This document shows, in pieces, positions 25,901 to 32,000 of a DNA stretch of 32,000 nt. The notes under the pieces are model-generated. The model was not told the DNA's origin, made no database searches, and was given only the letters and a program-made list of their open reading frames with translations. Numbering within the stretch: position 1 is the stretch's first letter; the number at the start of each line of letters is the position of its first letter. Made by a program: the position numbers and the translations under genes. Source of the stretch: Gemmata obscuriglobus (GTDB lineage Bacteria; Planctomycetota; Planctomycetia; Gemmatales; Gemmataceae); NCBI RefSeq assembly GCF_008065095.1, contig NZ_CP042911.1, positions 8,040,001 to 8,072,000 on the forward strand, given 5' to 3'.

Positions 25901-26608
25901 ATCGAGCCGCCGCTCGTGGGCGTCAACGTGCTCGAAGCCCAGGCCGAAATCGAAGACCTGAAGCGCAAGCTGGCCCGGCTCGGCAGCGTCAACATGGAGG
26001 CGCTCGAGGAGCTTACCCGGGTCGAGGGCGAGTTCAACGCGCTCCAGGCGCAGCACAGCGATTTGAACGCCGCCCGGCAGTCGCTCCAGCAGATCATCGA
26101 CGCCATCAACGGCGACAGCCGCAAGCTGTTCCTGGACACCCTCAACGCGGTCCGCGGGTACTTCCAGGAGCTGTTCCGCAAACTGTTCGGCGGCGGGCAG
26201 GCGGACATCGTGCTGGAGGACGAGGCCGACGTGCTGGAGTCGGGGATCGAGATCACCGCCCGCCCGCCCGGTAAAGAGCTGCGATCACTGTCGCTGCTCT
26301 CGGGCGGCGAGAAGACGCTGACCGCGGTCGCCCTCCTGCTCGCGATCTTTCGCAACAAACCGTCGCCGTTCTGCATCCTCGACGAGGTGGACGCGGCGCT
26401 GGACGAGGCGAACACGGCGCGGCTCGCGGGGGTGCTGCGCGAGTTCCTGGACCGCAGCCAGTTCATTGTCATCACCCACAAGAAGCGGACGATGGCCGCC
26501 GCCGACCGGCTGTGGGGGGTTACCATGCAGGAGAGCGGCATCAGCCGGCTGCTGCCCATGCGGTTCGAGGACTGGAACGACGAGGGCGGTGAGGCGCAAG
26601 CCGCCTGA
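22913..26608 (+). CDS. smc: Chromosome segregation protein SMC
   Basis: 1231 aa. The N-terminus is MLKRLELVGFKSFADKT with Walker A GPNGSGKSN. Long coiled-coil arms and a hinge region are present. The ABC signature is LSGGEKTLTAVALLLAIF and Walker B is FCILDEVDAALDEAN. Confidence 0.97.
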   Translation: MLKRLELVGFKSFADKTRFDFAPGVTGVVGPNGSGKSNVVDAVRWILGEQSPKSLRGGEMADVIFNGSSSRKSLGMAEVTVAFDNARRLLAVDADEVQLTRRVYRDGTGEYLINGQMSRLKDLKNIFLGSGAGAGGYTIIAQGRVDEMLQASTKDRRAIFDEAAGISRFKADKNETLRKLASVELNLTRSKDKLDALDGQLRTLRLQATKAQKYKEHSDRLRELRVGLGAREYRELTAALATEQGALAALKAEVSGATSEAEQLEHQAAQLDWQVTRGEEALRHHEARLAEARQQLAGFEASLKHDRAAAQNLGAELLKVGRQRADLGYRLKGLEADSVRAAAESAAAEGRLTDERGRADEVSDALAAVVARLADLERAQAEDLQQHMELVRQAASGRSTADATLAQVNRLQSEYTRRLAAREHRAAHRATLTHALDGLSQEDADVQARLAAAREQLDDLTAARDTLTEQLGEGQARLEGLRVEQGALRARMEVLEDLERSLEGFGTGVAAVWRRLEAEAADDYTPTELSAAVVGLVADLLTVPREVAPLVELALGDAAQRFVVRSPEAVDAVAAAVGELTGRVGFVPLSFSATHAGSADASGEHGGAGGGPSLAALVTCDRPHCAGLPAQLLGRVLMADTLADARWLVALHPGHRVVTRSGELLEPDGTLTVGPLRGEAGLVSRKSELRELREQFRATSELVAGAEVELADLRRRAEAAEGTIEAVEAEIALLSDEAGGLLQRIARQRQQVEHLDADIELIEADCRTLEQQVQEGEAAWSAARLAAEDAERAAAELESRLAEVKRALAAGAADRTAREQAHTAAQVALSRAAADRDRARERAAQLEADIRKRKIEALDLAAADRNARGRLADCTLAALRASAGQADAYGEKESRERLAAELSAKGAADRADRDRVRARLQQLRHGWQEKQAAAHARELAAHDLGARLAALGQRIREDYGIELAELAGGALRPAEGSSADISGTEDARADTTSSERIEPPLVGVNVLEAQAEIEDLKRKLARLGSVNMEALEELTRVEGEFNALQAQHSDLNAARQSLQQIIDAINGDSRKLFLDTLNAVRGYFQELFRKLFGGGQADIVLEDEADVLESGIEITARPPGKELRSLSLLSGGEKTLTAVALLLAIFRNKPSPFCILDEVDAALDEANTARLAGVLREFLDRSQFIVITHKKRTMAAADRLWGVTMQESGISRLLPMRFEDWNDEGGEAQAA

Positions 26609-26888
26609 TGCCGAAGGTGGCCCGTGGGAGCGATCAGAGCCCCCACGGTTGAGCCCGGCGGCCGGCATACCCAAAACGTCACACCTGATTTCGAGCGACA
26701 GATATTCTGGTCGCGTCAGCCGGCGGTTCCGCTGCGACATGATCTTTGTCAATTAATTTAGTTCATTGTTGAATTCCGATAGCGGGGTGGTAACTACTAC
26801 CTGCAACTTTGTGTCTCCGTACTGGGTTTGGGCTACACTGTCTGCCCGGCGGCACGTTGCCCCGTCCCCCTGTCCCCCGCATTTGCGT

Positions 26889-28040
26889 ATGAATTATCTG
26901 CAGCAACGTCGGAACGCTCTGGGTCAGACGCTGAAGTCGCGCGACCTCGACGGGTTCCTGGTCACCGCGGCGGTCAACGTCACTTACCTGACCGGGTTCA
27001 CCGGGGACTCCAGCTACTACGCGGTGTTGCCCAAGAACACGCTGCTCGTCAGCGACACCCGGTTCGAGGAGCAGGTGCGGGAGGAGTGCCCGGACCAGGA
27101 CGCGGTCATCCGGGGGCACAACAAGACCACCCTCGAAGCCGCGGCCGAGGCCCTCAACAAGTCCGGGGCCAAAGCGGTCGGCGTCGAGGGCAGCCGGATC
27201 ACCCTGGGCGAACTCGAGGCGCTGCGGCAACTGGCCCCGAAGATCACGTTCGTGTCCGTGGACGGGGCCATTGAGGCGCAACGGGCGGTAAAGGACCCGG
27301 GCGAAGTGGAGAAGATCCGCGACGCCGTCAAGGTGGCCGAGCGCGGGTTCAAAATGTTCCTCGCGACCGTGCGCGAGGCCGACACCGAAAAGGACATGGT
27401 GGACGCGCTGGAGGGGTACGTGCGGCGCGCCGGGGCCAAATGCACCGCGTTCCCGCCGATCATCGCGGTCGGCGAGCGCGGCGCGCTGCCGCACGCCACG
27501 CCCACGAACAAGCCGCTGGGCGACGGGGCAAAACTGCTGGTCGATTTCGGCGCGGACCTGGTGGGGTACAAGTCGGACATCACCCGCACGCTCCGCAGCC
27601 CGTTCGGCACCTCGCCGAGCCGCCGCAACAAGTTAGAGCGGATCGGGTACGACTTCGAGAAGCTGTACGCGGTGGTCCTGGCGGCGCAGAACGCCGCGCT
27701 GGCGGCGATCCGCCCGGGTGTGAAGGCGAAGGACGTGGACGCCGCGGCCCGCAAGGTGTTCGCGAACGCCCGGTTCGACAAGTACCCGGACCTGAAGCTC
27801 GCCGACCACTTCACGCACGGCCTCGGGCACGGGATCGGGCTCGAGATCCACGAGGCCCCGAAGATCCGGGCGAACTCCGAGGACGTGCTCGAGTCCGGCA
27901 TGGTGGTCACCATCGAGCCGGGCATCTACATTCCGGGCTGGGGCGGCATCCGCATTGAGGACGACGTGCTCATCACCCACGACGGGTGCAAGCTCCTCAC
28001 CACCCTGTCCCGCGAGCCCGCGACCCTCGCGGCGGGCTGA
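26889..28040 (+). CDS. Xaa-Pro aminopeptidase/dipeptidase, peptidase family M24B
   Basis: The start is set at ATG 26889 (MNYLQQRRNALGQTLKSRDLDGFLV, Creatinase_N-like). The M24 metal-ligand blocks are LLVDFGADLVGYKSDITRT, HGLGHGIGLEIHEAP and VVTIEPGIY...GGIRIEDDVLIT. The 5' extension of the track ORF from 26766 crosses an AT-rich non-coding island. Confidence 0.9.
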   Translation: MNYLQQRRNALGQTLKSRDLDGFLVTAAVNVTYLTGFTGDSSYYAVLPKNTLLVSDTRFEEQVREECPDQDAVIRGHNKTTLEAAAEALNKSGAKAVGVEGSRITLGELEALRQLAPKITFVSVDGAIEAQRAVKDPGEVEKIRDAVKVAERGFKMFLATVREADTEKDMVDALEGYVRRAGAKCTAFPPIIAVGERGALPHATPTNKPLGDGAKLLVDFGADLVGYKSDITRTLRSPFGTSPSRRNKLERIGYDFEKLYAVVLAAQNAALAAIRPGVKAKDVDAAARKVFANARFDKYPDLKLADHFTHGLGHGIGLEIHEAPKIRANSEDVLESGMVVTIEPGIYIPGWGGIRIEDDVLITHDGCKLLTTLSREPATLAAG

Positions 28041-28140
28041 CCGGTCGAGGCGCCGGCTGCCGCGCGGCCGCCCCGCTCATACACTGTTCCATCATTCACT
28101 CCCCGGCCCCGACCGGGGTTTCGCCATATTTGAGGGTTAC

Positions 28141-28665
28141 GTGGTGGCCGACGATCAACGGGACGCCCCCCGGCCGTTCGATGTGCGCACGGTCGAGTAC
28201 CTCCTGAAACTGATGACCGAGCACGACCTGGCTGAGGTCGATCTGAAAGAAGGCGAGCACCGCATCCGGCTCCGCAAGGGCGGCGCCGTGATCGGGTACG
28301 CGCCCGCCCCGGCACCAGCACCGGCACGGCTGCCGGCCCCGGCGGCGCCCGTTGCGGCGCCCCCCGGAGCAGCGCTGCCTGCGCCCGCCGCGGCGCCGAC
28401 TTCAACCCCGGCGCCCGCCAAGAACCTGATCGAAATCAAGTCGCAGATGGTCGGCACGTTCTACTCCAAGCCCGACCCCAAGAAGCCCGATTTCGTCGCG
28501 CTGGGCGCGAAGGTCACGCCGAAAACGGTCGTCTGCACGATCGAGGCGATGAAGCTGTACAACGAGGTTACCGCGGACTGCGCCGGCACCATCGCCGAGG
28601 TGTGCAAACAGAGCGGCGATTTCGTCGAGTTCGGCACCGTCCTGTTCCGGGTGGACCCCTCCTAA
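28141..28665 (+). CDS. accB: Acetyl-CoA carboxylase biotin carboxyl carrier protein
   Basis: The C-terminal biotinyl domain has the EAMK motif (VVCTIEAMKLYNEVTADCAGTIAEV) and follows an Ala/Pro-rich linker. The start is uncertain. I chose the in-frame GTG at 28141, preceded by GAGGG (TGAGGGTTACGTG). The track start at 27955 overlaps the peptidase gene. Confidence 0.88.
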   Translation: MVADDQRDAPRPFDVRTVEYLLKLMTEHDLAEVDLKEGEHRIRLRKGGAVIGYAPAPAPAPARLPAPAAPVAAPPGAALPAPAAAPTSTPAPAKNLIEIKSQMVGTFYSKPDPKKPDFVALGAKVTPKTVVCTIEAMKLYNEVTADCAGTIAEVCKQSGDFVEFGTVLFRVDPS

Positions 28666-28670
28666 AAATC

Positions 28671-28772
28671 CACATGCGGAGTGCGGAATTCGGAATGCGA
28701 AATTGAAGGCGAGAAGACCCGTTCTTCCCTTCATTTTTCATTCCGCGTTCCGCACTCCGCATTCCGCATTGG
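28671..28772. repeat. AT-rich imperfect palindrome built from tandem 7-nt units, lying in the accB-accC spacer
   Basis: Arms at 28674-28709 and 28728-28762 pair. The outer 29 nt, ATGCGGAGTGCGGAATTCGGAATGCGAAA, match the reverse complement ATGCGGAGTGCGGAACGCGGAATGAAAAA at 25/29. The inner stems are TGAAGG/CCTTCA and GAAGA/TCTTC. Each arm is 4 copies of a heptamer: TCCGC at 28742, 28749, 28756 and 28763, and GCGGA-like at 28676, 28683, 28690 and 28697. Confidence 0.85.
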
Positions 28773-28778
28773 TGAAGC

Positions 28779-30134
28779 ATGTTTAATAGGATTCTTGTCG
28801 CGAACCGGGGCGAAATCGCGCTGCGGGTGATCCGGGCGTGCCACGACCTGGGCATCGAAGCGGTGGCGGTGTACTCGGAAGCGGACCGCGGCGCGCCGTG
28901 GCTCGACTTCGCCGACCAGGCGGTGTGCATCGGCCCGGCGGTGTCGGCGCAGAGCTACCTCAACATCCCGCGCATCATCGCCACCGCCGAGAAGACCGGG
29001 GCGCAGGCGATCCACCCCGGGTACGGGTTCCTGTCCGAGAACAGCAAGTTCGCCGAGCAGTGCCGGGACTCCGGCATCGAGTTCATCGGGCCGCCGGTCG
29101 GGGCGATGGACCGGCTGGGCAACAAGGACAAGTCGAAGACGGTCGCGCGGGCCGCGAAGGTGCCCACGGTGCCCGGCAGCGACGGGTTGGTAGAGACCGA
29201 GGAGCAGGCGAAGAAGTTCGCCAACATGGTCGGTTACCCGGTGCTGGTGAAGGCGTCGGCGGGGGGCGGCGGGCGCGGGATGCGCGTGGCCCGCGATGAC
29301 GCCTCGCTGGCGACCGGGCTCTCGGCGGCGCGGGCCGAGGCCGAGGCCGCGTTCAAGGACGGGAGCGTGTTCCTGGAGAAGTACCTGGACCGCCCGCGGC
29401 ACGTCGAGGTGCAGCTCATCGGCGACCAGCACGGGAACGTGATCCACCTGTTCGAGCGGGACTGCTCGCTCCAGCGGCGGCACCAGAAGCTGGTAGAGGA
29501 GTCGCCGTCGCCGAACCTGCCGGACAGCGTCCGGCAGGAGATGTGCGCCGCGGCGGTGCGGCTGGCGAAGGAGGCGGGGTACTACAACGCGGGGACGTGC
29601 GAGTTCCTCGTGGACCAGCAGAACAACTACTACTTCATCGAGGTGAACGCCCGCGTGCAGGTGGAGCACCCGGTCACGGAACTGGTGACGGGCGTGGACG
29701 TGATCCGCGAGCAGATTCGGGTCGCGGCGGGCGAAAAACTGCGGTACGAGCAGAAGGACGTTCAGCAGCGCGGGCACGCGATCGAGGTGCGTATCAACGC
29801 CGAGGACCCGGCCCACGACTTCCGCCCCAGCGCGGGGACCGTGAAGACGTGGCGACCACCGGGCGGCCCGGGAGTGCGGATCGATTCGCACGTGTGCGCC
29901 GGCTACCGGGTGCCGCCGAACTACGACAGCATGGTGGCGAAGCTGCTCGTCCACCAGCCGACGCGGGCGGAGGCGTTCGCGGTCATGCGGCGGTGCCTGC
30001 GGGAGTTCGTGGTGGAGGGCATCCACACGACGATCCCGATCCTGAAAACCATCTTCGACAACGAAGACTTCATCGCGGGCAACGTGGACACGACGTACAT
30101 CGAGCGCGTGATGATGCCCCCCAAGGTCAGTTAA
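28779..30134 (+). CDS. accC: Acetyl-CoA carboxylase biotin carboxylase subunit
   Basis: 451 aa. The N-terminus is [24 protein letters not shown]-grasp motifs are present ([45 protein letters not shown]). It has the typical length and accB adjacency. Confidence 0.97.
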   Translation: MFNRILVANRGEIALRVIRACHDLGIEAVAVYSEADRGAPWLDFADQAVCIGPAVSAQSYLNIPRIIATAEKTGAQAIHPGYGFLSENSKFAEQCRDSGIEFIGPPVGAMDRLGNKDKSKTVARAAKVPTVPGSDGLVETEEQAKKFANMVGYPVLVKASAGGGGRGMRVARDDASLATGLSAARAEAEAAFKDGSVFLEKYLDRPRHVEVQLIGDQHGNVIHLFERDCSLQRRHQKLVEESPSPNLPDSVRQEMCAAAVRLAKEAGYYNAGTCEFLVDQQNNYYFIEVNARVQVEHPVTELVTGVDVIREQIRVAAGEKLRYEQKDVQQRGHAIEVRINAEDPAHDFRPSAGTVKTWRPPGGPGVRIDSHVCAGYRVPPNYDSMVAKLLVHQPTRAEAFAVMRRCLREFVVEGIHTTIPILKTIFDNEDFIAGNVDTTYIERVMMPPKVS

Positions 30135-30589
30135 ACGATAGCGGCGCGTACGCGGTGGCCGGCCCCAATCGGCCGCCGCGCACGTGCCGTCGTCCGGCTC
30201 CTCTCCCACTCAGCCGAAGTACCGTTTCTCATTGCGTAACGCGCGGCACTGCTTCACAATCAGTCAGCGATGGTCCCCGACCGTGTGACGAGGTGAAGTC
30301 CCGCCGTGGCGGTTTGCCCCATGCTCCTCTTGGTGTTTCTCCCCACGCTGGCTCTGCCGTTCTGCCGTCCCGTGGTGCCCACTCCCCCGATGGCATCGGT
30401 CCCCCCGGCCGCCGGGCTGAATTGCGTTCCTGGAACCAGTAGGTGGCAGTTTGAGGCACAAGAGTAACCGGGCCACCGGATCGTTCCAAACCGTGAAGGG
30501 CGGTCGGTCGATCGATAAAGAACAGACGCAAAGGTAGCGGCGTTTGTCAGTACCGCGGCGCTGGTGCCGTAGTTCGTCCGGAGTTGCCC

Positions 30590-30970
30590 ATGCCCATTAC
30601 GATTAACTGTAAGTGCGGAAAAATCTTACGCGTGCCCGATGCGTCCGCGGGCAAGCGGGCTAAGTGCCCCGTTTGCAACTCCGTTTTCACCGTACCCGAG
30701 CCCGAGCCAGTGCTGGAAATCGTTGAGGTTCTGGATGTCGCGGAGGTCGTGCCGCCCCCGCTGCCGCCCGAACCGGAACAGCCGCCGGCGGTTCCCAGAC
30801 CGTCCGGGTATCGCAAGCCACAACTCGAAGACGACGAAGAGGACAAAAGCACCTACGGCTTGGCCGAGTCGGAACCGACCAGTTCCGCCCTCGACCGCGA
30901 CGGTAACGCGCGCCAGAAGGGCACGAAGGGGCTTCCGAATTTTAACAAAGGTCGCAAGAACTACGGCTGA
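30590..30970 (+). CDS. Small Cys4 zinc-ribbon protein with an acidic/Pro-rich tail (planctomycete MPIxxxCxCG...CPxC family)
   Basis: ATG at 30590 with GGAG 7 nt upstream; the track's TTG at 30584 is less likely. The sequence is MPITINCKCGKILRVPDASAGKRAKCPVCNSVFTVPEPEP. It is a paralogue of the next gene. Confidence 0.75.
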   Translation: MPITINCKCGKILRVPDASAGKRAKCPVCNSVFTVPEPEPVLEIVEVLDVAEVVPPPLPPEPEQPPAVPRPSGYRKPQLEDDEEDKSTYGLAESEPTSSALDRDGNARQKGTKGLPNFNKGRKNYG

Positions 30971-30996
30971 CGTTATTCCCTCACTCACCGATTCGA

Positions 30997-31509
30997 ATGC
31001 CCATTACTTTTGACTGCGCGTGCGGTCGGCACTTCAGCGTGTCCGACGAGTACGCGGGGAAACGCACCAAATGCCCGTCGTGCGCCGCGCCGCTCACGGT
31101 GCCGGCGCCGGAAGTGGCGGCCCTCGCACCGGCGTCCGAGGAGGAGGCCGCGTACCGGGCGCTGATGGACAGCCCCGAACCGGAGCCGGCAAACGCGCCG
31201 GCCTGGAGCGCTCCGCGTCCGGAACCGGACGAGCCGGCTCCGAAGCCCAAACCCAAAATCCCGGCTCTTGAGAAGCGCCGGTCCGTTCCGTCGGCCCCGC
31301 GGGCGGACGACTACGACCCGCCCCCGTCGCGCGGCGGCGGGATTCACATCTCCTCCGGCGTGCTCGGCGGGTGTGGGATGATGCTGGGCGCGGTGGTGTG
31401 GTTCGGGCTGGGCTGGGCCGCCGGGGTCATCTACTTCTACCCGCCGGTCCTGTTCGTGTTCGGACTGGTGGCCGTGGTCCGCGGGCTGCTCGGTCACTCC
31501 GAGGACTGA
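30997..31509 (+). CDS. Cys4 zinc-ribbon protein with a Pro-rich linker and C-terminal double-TM anchor
   Basis: The N-terminus is MPITFDCACGRHFSVSDEYAGKRTKCPSCAAPLTVPAPE. The C-terminal hydrophobic region is GVLGGCGMMLGAVVWFGLGWAAGVIYFYPPVLFVFGLVAVVRGLLG. Confidence 0.8.
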   Translation: MPITFDCACGRHFSVSDEYAGKRTKCPSCAAPLTVPAPEVAALAPASEEEAAYRALMDSPEPEPANAPAWSAPRPEPDEPAPKPKPKIPALEKRRSVPSAPRADDYDPPPSRGGGIHISSGVLGGCGMMLGAVVWFGLGWAAGVIYFYPPVLFVFGLVAVVRGLLGHSED

Positions 31510-31555
31510 CCGCACCGGCGCCGGGCGCCGCCCATACAATTCCGGTAAGGCGAGC

Positions 31556-31585
31556 GGGGGGCGTATGCCCCCTGTTTGCGTTTTC
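31556..31585 (+). terminator. Rho-independent terminator after the zinc-ribbon gene pair
   Basis: The hairpin is GGGGGC-GTAT-GCCCCC (31557-31572), followed by TGTTTGCGTTTT. Confidence 0.6.
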
Positions 31586-31599
31586 ACGGAGAACCGAAC

Positions 31600-32000
31600 A
31601 TGTCCGACGTTCGTGAAACGGCGCTCCTCGTTATCGGCGGCGGCCCCGGCGGGTACCCCGCCGCCCTGCACGCGGCCGATAGCGGCATCAAGGTCACGCT
31701 GGTGGACGAAGGCGCGAAGCTCGGCGGCGTGTGCCTGAACCGCGGGTGCATCCCCAGCAAAGCGCTGCTGCACACGGCCAAGATCATTCGCGAAGCGCAC
31801 GAAATGGCCGCTTACGGAGTCACGTTCGGCGAACCGAAACTCGACCTCGCCAAGCTACGCGACTTCGTGCAGGCGAAGGTGGTCGGCAAGCTCACCGGCG
31901 GCATCGGGCAGCTCACGAAAGGCCGCGGGGTCGACGTGGTGAAGGGCCGCGCGGTCTTCACCTCCCCCAACACGGTGGAGGTGACCGGCGACCAGCCCCA
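31600..32000 (+). CDS. lpdA: Dihydrolipoyl dehydrogenase (E3), 5' portion; continues past the window end
   Basis: The N-terminus [37 protein letters not shown] is an FAD Rossmann motif. The redox-active disulfide motif is [16 protein letters not shown]. Confidence 0.9.
   Translation, partial: MSDVRETALLVIGGGPGGYPAALHAADSGIKVTLVDEGAKLGGVCLNRGCIPSKALLHTAKIIREAHEMAAYGVTFGEPKLDLAKLRDFVQAKVVGKLTGGIGQLTKGRGVDVVKGRAVFTSPNTVEVTGDQP

Noticed and set aside
22865-26056. 1063-aa ORF antisense to smc
   Set aside because: It is a shadow ORF typical of very GC-rich DNA. Its product is Arg/Gly/Pro/Leu-rich with no motif, and the opposite strand encodes an unmistakable SMC.
28101-28118. CCCCGG-CCCCGA-CCGGGG hairpin between the peptidase gene and accB, considered as a terminator
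   Set aside because: It has only a 6-bp stem and a 3-T tail, which is too weak to call. It is mentioned only in the synteny note.
28674-28770. Short tandem repeats in the accB-accC spacer considered as a mini-CRISPR or tandem-repeat array
   Set aside because: The units are only 7 nt, have no spacers and are arranged as the two arms of a palindrome. This is not CRISPR-like.
28731-30209. 492-aa ORF antisense to accC
   Set aside because: It is a shadow ORF, and accC on the plus strand is unambiguous.
30289-30306. GAGGTGAAGTCCCGCC, reminiscent of the RNase P RNA CR-I motif GAGGAAAGTCCGGGC
   Set aside because: I could find none of the other conserved RNase P elements or the expected ~350-400-nt architecture around it, so this is most likely a chance resemblance.
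30229-30531. 100-aa minus-strand ORF in the accC-downstream gap
   Set aside because: It has many A/T-ending codons and an Arg/Pro/Gly-rich product. I treat it as non-coding, and the gap is reported as a low-interest finding instead.
1-32000. Scan for tRNA/rRNA/tmRNA signatures (GGTTCGAATCC-type T-arms, CCA ends) and for spaced direct repeats (CRISPR)
   Set aside because: I found nothing convincing by eye on either strand. This is a visual scan only; tRNAscan-SE, Infernal and a CRISPR finder would be decisive.

Overview
This is a very GC-rich chromosomal segment, roughly two-thirds or more G+C by eye (not computed). Long shadow ORFs occur on both strands. I chose real genes by recognisable motifs, GC3-rich codon usage and sensible protein composition. 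The ORF track treats GTG and TTG as starts, and several of its longest ORFs over-extend at the 5' end.

The gene content suggests a Planctomycetota (Gemmataceae-like) genome. The evidence is giant Ala/Arg/Pro-rich envelope proteins, a 'DTDGDxKAD' propeller protein, MPIxFxCxCG zinc-ribbon proteins and AT-rich palindromic intergenic repeats. This placement is inference only.

Every gene left of about 18.5 kb is on the minus strand and every gene right of it is on the plus strand.

Housekeeping genes recognised:
- an Ada-like AraC-HTH/O6-alkylguanine methyltransferase
- tadA
- smc
- an M24B Xaa-Pro peptidase
- accB and accC
- the 5' end of lpdA

Accessory content:
- a complete IS3-family element with imperfect terminal inverted repeats and a GATC target duplication; its transposase appears to have lost the first catalytic Asp
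- a single-HKD PLD/Nuc-like protein
- two secreted beta-propeller proteins
- two unrelated AT-rich long palindromic intergenic elements

The most interesting region is a roughly 14 kb divergent envelope locus (8590-22758). On the minus strand, a GT87/DUF2029-like polytopic glycosyltransferase heads an operon with two giant paralogous membrane-anchored proteins (1169-1186 aa and 1596 aa) that I cannot assign to any family. On the plus strand sit a second GT-C-like polytopic membrane protein and an orphan FlgI (flagellar P-ring)-like protein. The FlgI-like protein carries a Tat signal, a lipobox and an inserted HEAT-repeat module. No other flagellar gene is in the window.

I found no tRNA, rRNA or CRISPR array.
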